The notes under the pieces are model-generated. The model had not been told where the DNA came from. It saw only the letters and a list, made by a program, of their open reading frames with translations, and did no database searches. A program made the translations under genes and the position numbers. Shown here piece after piece: positions 1 through 12,276 of a stretch of DNA of 64,000 bases. Source of the stretch: an uncultured Verrucomicrobiae bacterium. Its GTDB lineage: Bacteria > Verrucomicrobiota > Verrucomicrobiia > Limisphaerales > Palsa-1400. The stretch spans positions 128,001-192,000 of the forward strand of contig CAVPOM010000007.1 in NCBI GenBank assembly GCA_963707025.1. The letters run 5' to 3'. How positions within the stretch are numbered: the stretch's first letter is position 1; the number at the start of each line of letters is the position of its first letter.

Positions 1-2
1 TC

Positions 3-352
3 GGGGCGGGCCTTTATGTGGACGGGGAAGTCGGGGCCGCCGGCTCGACGGGCCGGGGCGAAGCCAACTTGTTTTGCCTGGCGTCGTTTCTGATCGTCGA
101 GGGGATGCGCAACGGCCTTTCGCCCAAGGACGCGGGCATGGCGGCGCTGAAGCGGGTGGCGGCCAACACGGTGGAAAAGCGGCTGCGCAACAGCCGGGGG
201 CAGCCGAACTTCCAGCTCAACTATTACATCGTCAACACTAAAGGTGAATACGCCGGCGTCGCCTTTTACGCGTCGCGCTTTGCCGTTTGCACGGCGGACG
301 GGCCCAAAGTGGTCGCGGCGGAGGTTCTTTACACAGGGAAGGCGGCGGATTG

Positions 353-353
<1 letters not shown>
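3..353 (+). CDS. Asparaginase-2 family (glycosylasparaginase / isoaspartyl peptidase), C-terminal part, truncated by window edge
   Basis: GAGLYVDGEVGAAGSTGRGE motif typical of the Ntn-hydrolase asparaginase-2 beta subunit. Confidence 0.8.
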
Positions 354-1970
<1,617 letters not shown>

Positions 1971-2025
1971 GCCTGCGGCGCGACGCGCACTCGTCGCAAC
2001 CGGTCACCGTTATCTTGACAGCCGG

Positions 2026-2364
2026 ATGAAATTGCCCAATGCAGACAAGGCCGCGGTGGAGCGGGCGAAAATCGTGGATTACCTGCTCAACCCTGAGCAT
2101 CGCTATGGCGCCAGCAAGGCCAGGTTCTTCAGCAGGTTTGGATTTCGAGTGGAACAATGGGAACAATTGGCGGAGGCGCTTCGCCGCCACGGCCAGACGC
2201 ATGAGGTGAAACGGATCCAGGAAACCGGCTTTGGCCCTCGTTACCAACTGGAAGGCGAATTGAACGCTCCCGATGGCCGTGCGCCGCGTGTGCGCTCGGT
2301 CTGGCAACTGGATCAGGGAGAAGTTGCGCCTCGCTTGATTACGGCGTATCCTCTGGAGGACTGA
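2026..2364 (+). CDS. DUF6883-like protein (putative toxin)
   Basis: MKLPNA..AKIVDYLLNPEH..G.SKARFF..GF and RSVW..PRLITAYP pattern; coupled to the next gene. Confidence 0.7.
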   Translation: MKLPNADKAAVERAKIVDYLLNPEHRYGASKARFFSRFGFRVEQWEQLAEALRRHGQTHEVKRIQETGFGPRYQLEGELNAPDGRAPRVRSVWQLDQGEVAPRLITAYPLED

Positions 2365-2597
2365 TGAATATCAAGGAACATGATTGTGCAGTTTTGACGG
2401 CGGACTTGCCGGGCGAAAAGCTGAAGGCTGGTGATGTGGGCACCGTGATCCACCTTCACAAGGGCGGGCTGGCTTACGAAGTGGAATTTACCACGCTCGA
2501 TGGACGCACCTTGACGGTGGCGACGGTTGAGAGCAACCAGCTTCGGCCAGTCTCCCGCCATGATGTCCCCCATGTGCGCGATTTGCAGGCGGTTTAA
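2364..2597 (+). CDS. DUF4926-like protein (putative antitoxin/immunity)
   Basis: IKEHDCAVLT.DLP...LKAGDVGTVIH....AYEVEF pattern; TGATG overlap with the upstream gene. Confidence 0.75.
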   Translation: MNIKEHDCAVLTADLPGEKLKAGDVGTVIHLHKGGLAYEVEFTTLDGRTLTVATVESNQLRPVSRHDVPHVRDLQAV

Positions 2598-2771
2598 ACA
2601 TTTTTAAACGCCATTGGGTGGAAAGGCAAATGCCTGGCCCGGATTCAACTTGCACTTGGGTTGCCGCCGCACATGCCGGGGGTGAATTGCAACTCCAAGC
2701 GACACCCTTCATTTTGGAACGCCAGTGCGGGCGTCGCGGACATTTCCAACTTTCCAATCGGTTAAGCGTGC

Positions 2772-3770
2772 TCAAAACAAACTGGTGACCATGGTGCCCA
2801 GGATGCTGAGCGGGCCGGTGTCTTCCAGGCTGTCGGTCATTTTTTCCAGTTTTTGCAGGGAAACCTTGACGTCCTTCAACATGCTGTTGGTGTTGATCAA
2901 TTGCGCCACCGTGCCATTGCCGGTGTTCACTTTTTCCAGGATCTGGTTCAGGTTGGTCATGGCCCCGGCGGCCTGGTGGTGGAGCGCTTCGTCATAGATG
3001 ATCTTGCCCAGCGTGCCCTGGCCGGACTTGACCTGGGCGATGACGTCGTTGGCGCTGGCCAGAAGGGTGTGCGCGTCGTCCACCGCCTTTTTAATGTCCG
3101 CGGCGGTGCCCTGCAAATTGCTGACGGTGTTGAGGGCGCTGACATACAAATCGTCGTTGTTGATCAGGCGCCCCACCGTGCCCTGCCCGTCGCGGATGCG
3201 CTCGGAGATGACCCGGACGTTGCCGAGGGTGGCGGTGACATTGGATTGGTTATTCTTGACAAGTTCGGTGAGGGGCCCGAGCAGCTTGTCAATCTGCTCG
3301 CCGCTGAAGCTTTTGGTCATGTTTTCCACGCCGCTGGCCACGGCGTCCAGCTTGCCCATCAGCGCGCTCAGGTCGGGCTGCTCGACGGACTGCAGGGTCG
3401 CGTCGTCGGCGGCGGGCACACCGGCGGGCGTGCCGAAGGAAATGTCCACGTAATTCTGCCCCATCAGGCCGGTGAACTTGATGGCGGCGACGCTGTCCAG
3501 GCGGACTTGGTCCTTGATCTTGCGCTCCAGATTCATCGTCACCCGCGCCACCGCGTTGGTCAGGGCGATGCTCTCCACCCGCCCGACGGGCACGCCGCCC
3601 ATTTTGACGGCGTCGCCCACCTTGAGTTCCTGGACGTTTTTGAACAGGGTGTGCAAGTGGTAGCCCCGTTCGAGGAAGGCAAAAGTGCCGAGGGATTCCA
3701 TGATGACCAGGGCGGTGATGATGGCCAGGGCGAAAAACATGCCCAGGCGGGTTTCGATGGAGTCTTTCAT
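2772..3770 (-). CDS. mlaD: MlaD/MCE family protein with long helical extension
   Basis: N-terminal TM helix, LKVGDAVKMGGVPVGRVESI, FTGLMGQNYVDI, repeated GQGTLGK helical units. Confidence 0.85.
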   Translation of the reverse strand: MKDSIETRLGMFFALAIITALVIMESLGTFAFLERGYHLHTLFKNVQELKVGDAVKMGGVPVGRVESIALTNAVARVTMNLERKIKDQVRLDSVAAIKFTGLMGQNYVDISFGTPAGVPAADDATLQSVEQPDLSALMGKLDAVASGVENMTKSFSGEQIDKLLGPLTELVKNNQSNVTATLGNVRVISERIRDGQGTVGRLINNDDLYVSALNTVSNLQGTAADIKKAVDDAHTLLASANDVIAQVKSGQGTLGKIIYDEALHHQAAGAMTNLNQILEKVNTGNGTVAQLINTNSMLKDVKVSLQKLEKMTDSLEDTGPLSILGTMVTSLF

Positions 3771-4565
3771 AGCTTTAGGGGGATGGGGTCGGTGCGCCTG
3801 GCGGCGGCGCGGGACGCGGGGAGTTCGGCGTAAATAAAGTCGTGAATGCGCGGATCGGCATGGTCCTTGAATTCCTCCGGCGCGCCCACGAACAAGATCT
3901 CGCCCTCCGAGATCATGGCCATGCGGTCGGCGATGCCAAAGGCCAGGCCGCGGTCATGGGTGACCACCAGGGAGGTGGCCCGGGTGATGTTTTTCAGTTT
4001 CAGGATTTCCTCGCCCACCACCACCGCCATCAACGGATCCAGTTCCGAAGTCGGTCTCATCGAACAAAATCAACTGCGGCTCAATGACCAGGGCGCGGGC
4101 GATGGCCACCCGTTTTTGCATGCCGCCGGAAAGTTCGTTGGGCATGCGGTCTTCCTCCCCTTTCAGGCCGACGACTTCCAGCTTGGCGGCGACAATGCGC
4201 GCGATTTCCTCCGGCGGATACAGGCGGTGTTCGCTGAGGTAAATGCCCACGTTCTCCCCGACGTTGAGCGAGGTCAGCAGCGCGGCGGACTGGAAGACCA
4301 TGGCCATGCGGTATTTGTCCCGGATACCGGGGGAAGCAATGGATTCGTCTTGAATGAGGATGTCGCCGTGGTCCGGCCCGACCAGTCCGATGATGTGCTT
4401 GAGCAGCACACTCTTGCCGCTGCCGCTCGGCCCCATGATGACGAAGATTTCCCCGGGGGCGATCTTCAAATTGATGCCTTTGAGCACCTCCTGGCCGTGG
4501 AAGCTCTTGCGCAAGTCGCGCACTTCCACCGAGACATTGGGCGTGGCCTGGGCGGGCGGGTTCAT
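3767..4565 (-). CDS. mlaF: ABC ATPase of Mla/Mce system (one frameshift near 4055)
   Basis: GPSGSGKS Walker A, LSGGMQKRVAIARAL, ILFDE, then PTSELDP and VVTHD in another frame. Confidence 0.85.
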
Positions 4566-5308
4566 TTTTGGACGTAAATGAGCAAGCGGGTGAGGAAATA
4601 ATCCAGGATCAATATGCAGACGATCGAATTGACCACCGCCTTGGTCACGCTGCGCCCGATGCCGCGCGGTCCGCCCCGCGTGATGAGCCCCTGGTGGCAG
4701 GAAATGATGCCGATGGCCAGGGCGAAGACAAAGGATTTGAAGACGCCATTGGCCACATCGCCCGCCTCCACCACGTCGCGCAAGTCCTGGAAAAAAACGT
4801 CATAACCCACCGCGATCTGGTGGTTGATGGCCGAGATGAAGGCGGCGCCCAGCCAGCCGACCGGAATGGCAAACAAGACCAGGGTCGGCAGGGCCAGGGC
4901 GATGGCCACCATCCGCGGCAGCACCAGGTAGGTCACCGGATCAATGTTCATCGTCCGCAAGGCATCAATCTCTTCATAGACGCGCATCGAACCGATTTCC
5001 GCCGACATGGCCGAACCGCTTCGCCCGGCAATGAGGATGGCCAGCAGCACCGGGGCCAGTTCTTTGCAGATGGATTCGCCCACCATGCCGCCCAGGACAA
5101 AGCTCAAGCCCCGTTTCACCAACTCCGGGCCGGTCTGCAAGGCCAGGACGCCCCCGATAAACAGGGAGAGGATGCAAACCATCATCAGACTGCCGTTGCC
5201 GATTTCAAAAAGCTGATCAAAAACCTTGCGGCGCTGATGCCACGCCAGCGGCAGCGCTCGCAAGGTCCGCCAAAACAAAATAATGATCTCGCCTATATTC
5301 TGAAACAT
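4562..5308 (-). CDS. mlaE: MlaE family ABC permease
   Basis: ELAPVL..ILIAGRSGSAMSAEIGSMRVYEEIDALRTM; GRSVTKAVVNS. Confidence 0.9.
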   Translation of the reverse strand: MFQNIGEIIILFWRTLRALPLAWHQRRKVFDQLFEIGNGSLMMVCILSLFIGGVLALQTGPELVKRGLSFVLGGMVGESICKELAPVLLAILIAGRSGSAMSAEIGSMRVYEEIDALRTMNIDPVTYLVLPRMVAIALALPTLVLFAIPVGWLGAAFISAINHQIAVGYDVFFQDLRDVVEAGDVANGVFKSFVFALAIGIISCHQGLITRGGPRGIGRSVTKAVVNSIVCILILDYFLTRLLIYVQK

Positions 5309-5309
5309 A

Positions 5310-6938
5310 TCAGGGCCGGGCCGCGTCCTTCAGGTTCCCCGTCTTTTTTCCAAAGGGAATGTAGCACACCCGCCAGTTTGCGCCTTTGTTGCCGGATTGA
5401 TACTGAAAAAGACCGAACAAGAGCGAGTACTTTTTCGAGCGCGGGCCGCTCTCGTGCCGGTAAAGATTCCACAGCAGCGACTGGCTGGCCACACCGGTCC
5501 CGCCGTCTTTCTCCGTCCGCCAGAGCGACCAGAGCTGCGAATAGTCCCGCGCGATGCTTGGATTGTTGACGAAGAACGGTTCGAGCAACGACACCGCCTG
5601 CAGGCGCTCCTTGCGGTCCATGTCCCGGCTATAGGTGAAGAACGGCCAGAAATCCACCCGATGCAGGCTCTGGCCATTCTGGCGGTTTTTCTCCCGGATG
5701 TCGGAATACAGGAAAAAAGCGATGCGGGTGCGTTGCCGCTCCAGGGAGGGGGTTTCCATCCGCAGGTGCTTGTAAAGCGGCCAGAGATAAAAGTCGTTCT
5801 CCAGCCCGCCGCCGGCCGCGCGGCTGTAAAAAGGAAAGACGCGCGTCACGGTTTTCCTCCCGCGCGCCACCTCAATCAAAGGCCAGAGAAAGTCCTGCTC
5901 GCGATAATTCTTGCCCCGGTCGTCGGTGCGCCAGTAGCCAAACGGCCAGCCATAACAATTCTCGTCGCGCAGGGGCGAACGCAGCCGGCTGTAAAACGGC
6001 GCGACCACCAGGCGGTCCTCCTGGTTGCTCGTTCCCAAGCCGGACCGATCCTTCAGGAAAAATGGCCAGGCCGCAAACAGGCGCTTGTATCCCCCCTCTG
6101 TCTCCACGTCACCCAGGCTGTTTGTGACCGGCGCGGGCCTCTTCTCTTCGGTCCCCACCACGGGCCAGAATTGCCAGCCCGTCACATTCCCGCCCGAGCG
6201 CACATGGAAAAATGGATAAAGATAATTATCCGTCACCACCTCCCTCTTGCGCGTCTCGGCATAGAGCGGAAACAGGACAAACCGGATGTCGTCATGGAAC
6301 AGGCGGTTTTGCAAATGCCCGTAAAATGGAACCACCGCCGTGTAGTTGAGATTGGGGTCGTCCGCGCGCCGCTGAAAATAAAGAGGGAACAACGTAAACA
6401 GGCGGGTGTCGGGGCCGGCCAGGGTTTTTCCTCCGGAAAAGCTCAAAAGCTGCATGAGCTGGACCCGATACTCCGTGCCGAAACGGCGCCAGGTGAATAC
6501 CGGATAAAAAGATTCGCACTCCGTCCAATCCACATCCGCAGTGCGCGTGCAGCAAAAAAAGGGAGGCAAGTCCCATTGCCAGCGCGAGTCGGTTTGTTGC
6601 GCGGAAAACAGCGGCCCCAGCACCTCCTGCCGGCGTCCCGATTCCAACGTCAGACGGTAATCAGAATAAGCCGGCCCGGCGATGATTTCCCACTCGGCGG
6701 CAAGATTGGTGAGAGACAACGGCGGGATGGCCCGGCCGGCCCCGCGCACCGGGCCCTCAACCTGCGCCTGGCACACGGCGCAGGCGAGAAAGACAACCGC
6801 CCAGACAGTAGAGAAGAAAAAGCCCGGCGGACAGATCCTCTCCGGCGGTGCGCTTCCCCCTTGGTTGCGTCCCGCCGGGCAGCAGATTTCCGCCGCCGTC
6901 TGGCACGGCGGGAACACAGCGCACTGCCCTTGGACCAT
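5310..6938 (-). CDS. Hypothetical exported aromatic-rich protein with repeated (L/F)FP(L/F)Y and WP(F/L) units; start uncertain
   Basis: Long ORF with signal-like segment VWAVVFLACAVCQA; ends 1 nt before mlaE. Confidence 0.7.
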   Translation of the reverse strand: MVQGQCAVFPPCQTAAEICCPAGRNQGGSAPPERICPPGFFFSTVWAVVFLACAVCQAQVEGPVRGAGRAIPPLSLTNLAAEWEIIAGPAYSDYRLTLESGRRQEVLGPLFSAQQTDSRWQWDLPPFFCCTRTADVDWTECESFYPVFTWRRFGTEYRVQLMQLLSFSGGKTLAGPDTRLFTLFPLYFQRRADDPNLNYTAVVPFYGHLQNRLFHDDIRFVLFPLYAETRKREVVTDNYLYPFFHVRSGGNVTGWQFWPVVGTEEKRPAPVTNSLGDVETEGGYKRLFAAWPFFLKDRSGLGTSNQEDRLVVAPFYSRLRSPLRDENCYGWPFGYWRTDDRGKNYREQDFLWPLIEVARGRKTVTRVFPFYSRAAGGGLENDFYLWPLYKHLRMETPSLERQRTRIAFFLYSDIREKNRQNGQSLHRVDFWPFFTYSRDMDRKERLQAVSLLEPFFVNNPSIARDYSQLWSLWRTEKDGGTGVASQSLLWNLYRHESGPRSKKYSLLFGLFQYQSGNKGANWRVCYIPFGKKTGNLKDAARP

Positions 6939-7265
6939 CACTTCGCGTCTCACGCCGGCCATTAGAACACATCCGGCCCCGGTTGTCATTCCTGCGATTT
7001 CCGGCCTGGCCGCCCGGCCGCCGGGAACGCAACCGCCGCAAGCCGGAGCGGGGCGGCGCCTTGAAGATGGCTCCGGTTGAAATGACCCTGGCCGGAATGA
7101 AAGAATCCAAGCCAGACGCAAGTTGTGATCTGTAACGATAACGTTATCGAAAAAGTTGCGGCCCGTTCTCTCCTTGCCGTAATGGTGTTCAAGATATGGA
7201 TTGACTTTTGCGGAAATTCGCTTATGTTGGCCTCATCAATTGAGGCACTAACCTTGCTAAGGTTT

Positions 7266-10133
7266 TTACCTCGGTTCCTCCGGATCCGGCAGCGGCCTTG
7301 CATTGTCGCTGCCGGGTCTTTTTATTTGCAAGGTCCATCCCCGCCGCACCAGAATGTTGAGCAGGGCGGGCAGGAAGGTCAAGCCCGCCACCATGCAGGT
7401 GCCGATGCCGATGGTCATGAGAATGCCCAGGCTCTGCAGTCCCTGGTGCCGGCCCAGAATCAAGCTGCCAAATCCGGTCATGGACGCCAGGCCCGAAACC
7501 AGGACGGCCTTGCCGGTGCTGCGGGCCAGGATGCCCGGATCCTGCTCCTCGGCAAAGCGATTGAGAACATGAATCCCGTTGGTCACTCCGATGCCCAGGA
7601 CGAGCGGCAAGGTCATAATATCCGCCGGATTGAAGGGGATGCCGGTTTTGCCCATCAGGCCGGCCATCCACGTCGTGCCGATGGCCACCGGGAGCAGGGC
7701 CAGGATCACGCAAGCGACCGAGCGGAAGTGCAGGAAGACCATGATGACAATGGCGGCCAAGGCATAGAGCGCCGCGTGCTCGTAGCTGTGCCTCAGGAGC
7801 GATTCGTACTCGAACAATTGCACCGGTGTGCCGGTAATCCGATCGGCCGGCATGACCGAGCGCAACTGTTGGATGAACTCGGTCTGGTTGTCGCGCTGCC
7901 AAATGTCCTTCTTGGGGAAGACGAGCACACGGTAGCGGCCGGTCACGCCGATGAACTTGTTGTGGAGGGACGGCGGCAGGTCCTGCGGGCGCAGGCCGGT
8001 GCTGGTGTCCTGCCCCTGCAGCGCGGCAAAGGTGTTGCGGATGTCGTCGAAAAGCGCCAGTTGATAGGTGGAGAGGCGGCGCGGAATTTCCGGGTCGCCA
8101 CTGAACAATTTCACGCGAAACTCGCTCAGGGCGTCGCAAAGAGACTGGAATTGCGCGGCCAGTTCCGGATGATGCTTTTTGGTGTCCTCATCATCGCGGG
8201 CATTGAGCATATAACCCATGGTGGAATAAAGCGTGGCGCCCAGCTCGTCGAGATCCACCGGCCGCGCATCCGGCCGGGCAAAATGCACATTGGAAATCAG
8301 GCTCTTGATCGAGCGCACCATTTGCAATTTGGGCGACTGGTCCTCGGTGAGGATTTGATACATCGGCTCGCTTTTCTCCCGCTCATTCCGGTCGGCGGCG
8401 GCCACCGAGGGCAGCGTCTCGGCGAGGGCCTCGAATTGGCGCGCCTGCTGGAGAGTATCGGCCATGACCGCGGCAAACAGGACGGATTGGCCGTAATCGC
8501 GCAACTTCTTCTGCTCGGTCACCGAGCCGTCGCCGTTGGTGGTCAGGACGGTGACGCTGTTGGTCGAATAGAGCAGCTTCTTGGCGTAAGCCACCGAGGC
8601 CAGGCCCCGGCTCTGCATGTTGAGCAAATTGTAGTCGAAATAAACCTTGTGAAACTGCGTGGCCGCCGCCCCGCACAGCGCCAGGGCGGCGAGCACCACC
8701 CAGATCGGCCGCCTCAGCCACAGTTCCTCCAGTCGGGCGCGCTTGGCTTCCAGGGCGACCCGTTGGGCGTCCAGCGCATTCTGGCGCTTGCCGCGCATGA
8801 GCAAGACCGGGAGCAAGGTCAGCATCGGTATCAAGCACAACACCATGCCCCCGCCGGAAATGATGCCCATTTCCTGGATGCCTTTGAAATTGGTCAGCCC
8901 CATGGCAAAAAAGGCGCCCGCCGTGGTCAGCGCGCCGGTGATGATCCCCTGCCCGGTGAACACCAGCCCCTTTTCCACCGCCTCGGTCAGAGGGCGCTGG
9001 TGCCGGACCTCCTCCTCGTAGCGGGTGATGAGGTGAATCCCAAAATCAATCGCCAGGCCAATCAGGATCGGGGCAAAGGTGATCGTCAATATGTTCAAAT
9101 GCCCGACGGCCAGGGTGGTGAAGGCCATGCTGTAACCCAGGCCGATGATCAGGCAAACCACCGTCTTGAGCGGGCGTCCGGTTTCGCCGTAGGCATAAAT
9201 GAACAGCAGCGAGCAGACCAGGAGCGAGATAATCGTGGCCAGCGTGGCGTCGTGCTTGGATTGGACCATCGTATCGTAATCCAAAACCGGCTCGCCCGTC
9301 AGGCCGACGTTCAGGCCGGGGACTTCAAATTCCGTCTCGTGGATCAATTGGCGCATCCGTTGCACCGCGTCGGAACTCAGCTCCTGGCTGCGCGCGCGGG
9401 CGGTGACCAGAAAGATCCGCCCGTCGGCAAAGGTGATGTACATGGCGCGCTCGGCTTCCTCACCCGCGCCAAAAAGCGCGCTGATGCCCGGCGAAACCGG
9501 CCGGCCCGCCCGCGCCAGGCTCTCCGTCGCCTGGGTGATGATCCGTTCCAGCGCGGGAATGGCTTGGATGAGCGAATTGTTCTCGGCATTCTCCTCGCGC
9601 TTGGCGGTGCGGATTTGCTGGTTGATCAGGTTGAAGAGCGAATCCAGGTTGGTGGCGGCGGTGAATTTCTCCAGGAACGGGCGTTCATCGTTGAGAATCT
9701 CGCGCATGTCCGCCAGGTCCTTTTCCGGGGCGAAGAGCAGCGCCTTGGGGCCGAGGGCCGTCAGGTCGCCCTTGTAAAAGACGTCGCTAAAGAGATTGGT
9801 TTCCACCGAGATCTTGGCGGCCAGCCGCTCCACGAACTGGCGGTTGCGCTCCAGGTTGCCGCTTTCCACCACCACGGCCAACTCGTCCTCGCCGGGAAAT
9901 TCCGCGCGGTATTTCATGAAGTCCTGGTGATACTTCTTGTCCGCGCCCACCAGATGGTCCTGGTCCATGTCCATTTGCAAATGCCCGGCAGAGAACGCCG
10001 TGTAATAAACGCACAGGCCGAACAGGACAAATTGCGGAAGAACGAACCATTTGGGATGACGGCAGACCGCCCCCGCCAGGACCCGCAACAGCCGGGCAAA
10101 CCAGGAATTAGCAGCGTGGCTTCGCGGGTTCAA
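7266..10133 (-). CDS. MMPL/RND family transporter, HpnN-like
   Basis: Two TM bundles with GLTGEPVL, ILIGLAIDFGIH, TGTPVQLFE, LGIGVTNGIH and GFGSL; 955 aa. Confidence 0.85.
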   Translation of the reverse strand: MNPRSHAANSWFARLLRVLAGAVCRHPKWFVLPQFVLFGLCVYYTAFSAGHLQMDMDQDHLVGADKKYHQDFMKYRAEFPGEDELAVVVESGNLERNRQFVERLAAKISVETNLFSDVFYKGDLTALGPKALLFAPEKDLADMREILNDERPFLEKFTAATNLDSLFNLINQQIRTAKREENAENNSLIQAIPALERIITQATESLARAGRPVSPGISALFGAGEEAERAMYITFADGRIFLVTARARSQELSSDAVQRMRQLIHETEFEVPGLNVGLTGEPVLDYDTMVQSKHDATLATIISLLVCSLLFIYAYGETGRPLKTVVCLIIGLGYSMAFTTLAVGHLNILTITFAPILIGLAIDFGIHLITRYEEEVRHQRPLTEAVEKGLVFTGQGIITGALTTAGAFFAMGLTNFKGIQEMGIISGGGMVLCLIPMLTLLPVLLMRGKRQNALDAQRVALEAKRARLEELWLRRPIWVVLAALALCGAAATQFHKVYFDYNLLNMQSRGLASVAYAKKLLYSTNSVTVLTTNGDGSVTEQKKLRDYGQSVLFAAVMADTLQQARQFEALAETLPSVAAADRNEREKSEPMYQILTEDQSPKLQMVRSIKSLISNVHFARPDARPVDLDELGATLYSTMGYMLNARDDEDTKKHHPELAAQFQSLCDALSEFRVKLFSGDPEIPRRLSTYQLALFDDIRNTFAALQGQDTSTGLRPQDLPPSLHNKFIGVTGRYRVLVFPKKDIWQRDNQTEFIQQLRSVMPADRITGTPVQLFEYESLLRHSYEHAALYALAAIVIMVFLHFRSVACVILALLPVAIGTTWMAGLMGKTGIPFNPADIMTLPLVLGIGVTNGIHVLNRFAEEQDPGILARSTGKAVLVSGLASMTGFGSLILGRHQGLQSLGILMTIGIGTCMVAGLTFLPALLNILVRRGWTLQIKRPGSDNARPLPDPEEPR

Positions 10134-10151
10134 AGCTCAAAGCCCAACGGC

Positions 10152-10655
10152 CTAATACTTCTTGGTGAACTTCTTCCGCGAATCTTGCGCAGCCGGCGGA
10201 ACGCTGCTGGCCGCCTCCGGCTTCGGCGAGGGGCCGGTCGGTTGGGCGGAGGCTTCAGGGGCGGCGCTTTTTTCCTTCTCTTCGGGCGCGGCGCTTGTCT
10301 CCTTCTCCACTTTTGACTCTGCACCCGGCGCCGGTTCGGCGGGCTTGGAAACCGCTTCCACGAAAGCCAGACGCAGGCTGGTCAGGCTCTGCCGGAGCAG
10401 GGCCTCCTCGCGTTTGTCGAGGTTGCCCCGCGTTTTGGCCTCCAACATTTCCAGTTGATCAATGAAATATCTGGCGTGTTCCAGATCCCGCGCCGTCTCG
10501 CCCGTCTGCGGATGCGGGGCCAGGCCCAGGAAAATGGAAGCCATGTTGGTTTGTTGCAGGACCAGGCTGGCAAACATCGCCGTCATCAAGTCTTGCCCGC
10601 CCCCCGCCTCCGCCGCCTCTGGATCAACTGGATTATTCATCTTTTCACCTTGCAA
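10152..10655 (-). CDS. DUF1844 family protein
   Basis: LG..PHPQTGE...DLEHARYFIDQLEMLEAKTRGNL. Confidence 0.8.
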   Translation of the reverse strand: MQGEKMNNPVDPEAAEAGGGQDLMTAMFASLVLQQTNMASIFLGLAPHPQTGETARDLEHARYFIDQLEMLEAKTRGNLDKREEALLRQSLTSLRLAFVEAVSKPAEPAPGAESKVEKETSAAPEEKEKSAAPEASAQPTGPSPKPEAASSVPPAAQDSRKKFTKKY

Positions 10656-10658
10656 AAT

Positions 10659-11342
10659 TCACTGTTCACTATTCGCCTTCTTCTGGCGCTGGCTGATTTC
10701 TCCCATCAAAAAACGAATCAGATGTCTCAGCCGCGGCTCCACCTCCACCGTCTCCAGAATGATCTGCTTCTGCGCCGCGCGCGTGAGCAGGGCGGAGGAA
10801 ACCAGGTCGGCCACCTGGTCGGCATCATCGCGCTTTTCCAGGCAGCCGATGATCTCCGGCACCGCCAGCAGGGCCTGCGCCTGTTTGATCTTGGCGGTCA
10901 ACTTCCTCGCGCCCGTGGCGGAAGAGGAAAAGCCGAGCTGAATCCGTTCCGTCACCAGGTCGCGCACTTTGGCCATCAACGCGTCAATGGCCACGCTGTC
11001 GCGCGCCGCCGCCAGCAGGGGCCGGATGCGGCTCACCGGAAACGGCTCCTGCCGCACCATTCCGGTCAACTCCACCCGCGCATGGCCCTGCAGCACCAGA
11101 TGGGAAGTCCCGTCGGCATGGGCCACGCAGACGCGCACCAAGCCCAACCCGGCCACCGCCGCGGGCACGGCGGAGGTGGCGCCCGGCCTTTGCATCGCCA
11201 CAATCAACATGCGGTGCGAACGCAGCACCGCCGCCAGCATCCGCCGGTAACGCAGCTCAAAAATGTGCAGCGGCAGCAGCGTCCCGGGAATCAGCGTCAC
11301 CCCGGGCAACGTCATCACGGGCGCTTCGTTCGGAATTTCCAT
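10659..11342 (-). CDS. LON peptidase substrate-binding (N-terminal) domain protein
   Basis: LIPGTLLPLHIFELRYRRML; DGTSHLVLQG..RV. Confidence 0.85.
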   Translation of the reverse strand: MEIPNEAPVMTLPGVTLIPGTLLPLHIFELRYRRMLAAVLRSHRMLIVAMQRPGATSAVPAAVAGLGLVRVCVAHADGTSHLVLQGHARVELTGMVRQEPFPVSRIRPLLAAARDSVAIDALMAKVRDLVTERIQLGFSSSATGARKLTAKIKQAQALLAVPEIIGCLEKRDDADQVADLVSSALLTRAAQKQIILETVEVEPRLRHLIRFLMGEISQRQKKANSEQ

Positions 11343-11428
11343 GAACACAGTCTAGGGTTCAATTGTCCAATAATCAAGACGGACATAGGAGCTTGCCAAA
11401 TTCCCGTTTTTATGCGCATTCTTTCATT

Positions 11429-12245
11429 ATGAAATCGAATTCGGTCGCCATTATTTTCATCCTCGCCTGCCTGGGCCTCGCGGCCGTTTTGTGGCAGCAA
11501 AACCTAAAGCACACCGAGCAAACAAAAGAGTTGGATAAAACCATCACCTCTTATTCCAATGATGTCACCTCTCTCGAACGTCAGGCTCAAGGAACAGGTC
11601 ATGGTCAACGCCACCCTGGAAACCAACCTGGCCGCCACACAACTCAAGTCCTCCAATGATCTGGCCGCCCTTCAAGCCACCCTGGCCACCACCGCCGCCA
11701 ACCTGGATAAATCGCAGACCGAGACCCGGGCCGCCGCCGCCGAGGCCGCCGCCGCCGAGGCCGCCGCGGCCGATAAGGACAAAAAAATCCTGGCCTTGGA
11801 AAGCCAAAACTCCGAATTGGACAAGCAATCCAACGACCTGCGCAGTTCCCTGACCAACCTCGAAGTTCAAATTCAGGCCACCCAGAAGAAACTGGACGCC
11901 TCCGAGGGCGACAAGAAACTGCTGATGGAGGAGTTGAAAACCCTCCAGGCCAAAAAGGCGGAATTGGAGGCTGAACTTACTAATCTCGCCTATCTCAAGG
12001 ACCAGGTCAAGATATTGAAGGACCAGCTTGCCGTTGACCGCCGTCTGGACTGGATCCGGCGCGGCATTTACGACGCCATTGGCCAAAAGGGCGGCGAGCG
12101 CTTGATCCATCCCCAGCCCTCCCTGGCGCCTCCCACCAACCAGGCCCTGGACGTGGAACTCCGGCAGAACGGCGGCGTCAAGATCAACCCGCCCTCCACT
12201 CCCCCCACCAACGCGCCCTCCACCAACGCGCCCACCGCCAAATGA
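11429..12245 (+). CDS. Membrane-anchored coiled-coil hypothetical protein (frameshift near 11580)
   Basis: N-terminal TM segment in one frame; long heptad-rich helix and Pro/Thr tail in the next frame. Confidence 0.6.
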
Positions 12246-12276
12246 CGCCCCATCCCCTGCCTTTGCAAAACCTTTA

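Noticed and set aside
7125..10316. 1063-aa plus-strand ORF and similar long ORFs (5397-6965, 22008-23822, 26513-28255, 38855-40585, 59086-60594)
   Set aside because: Antisense shadows of well-supported genes, expected in high-GC DNA; no recognisable motifs
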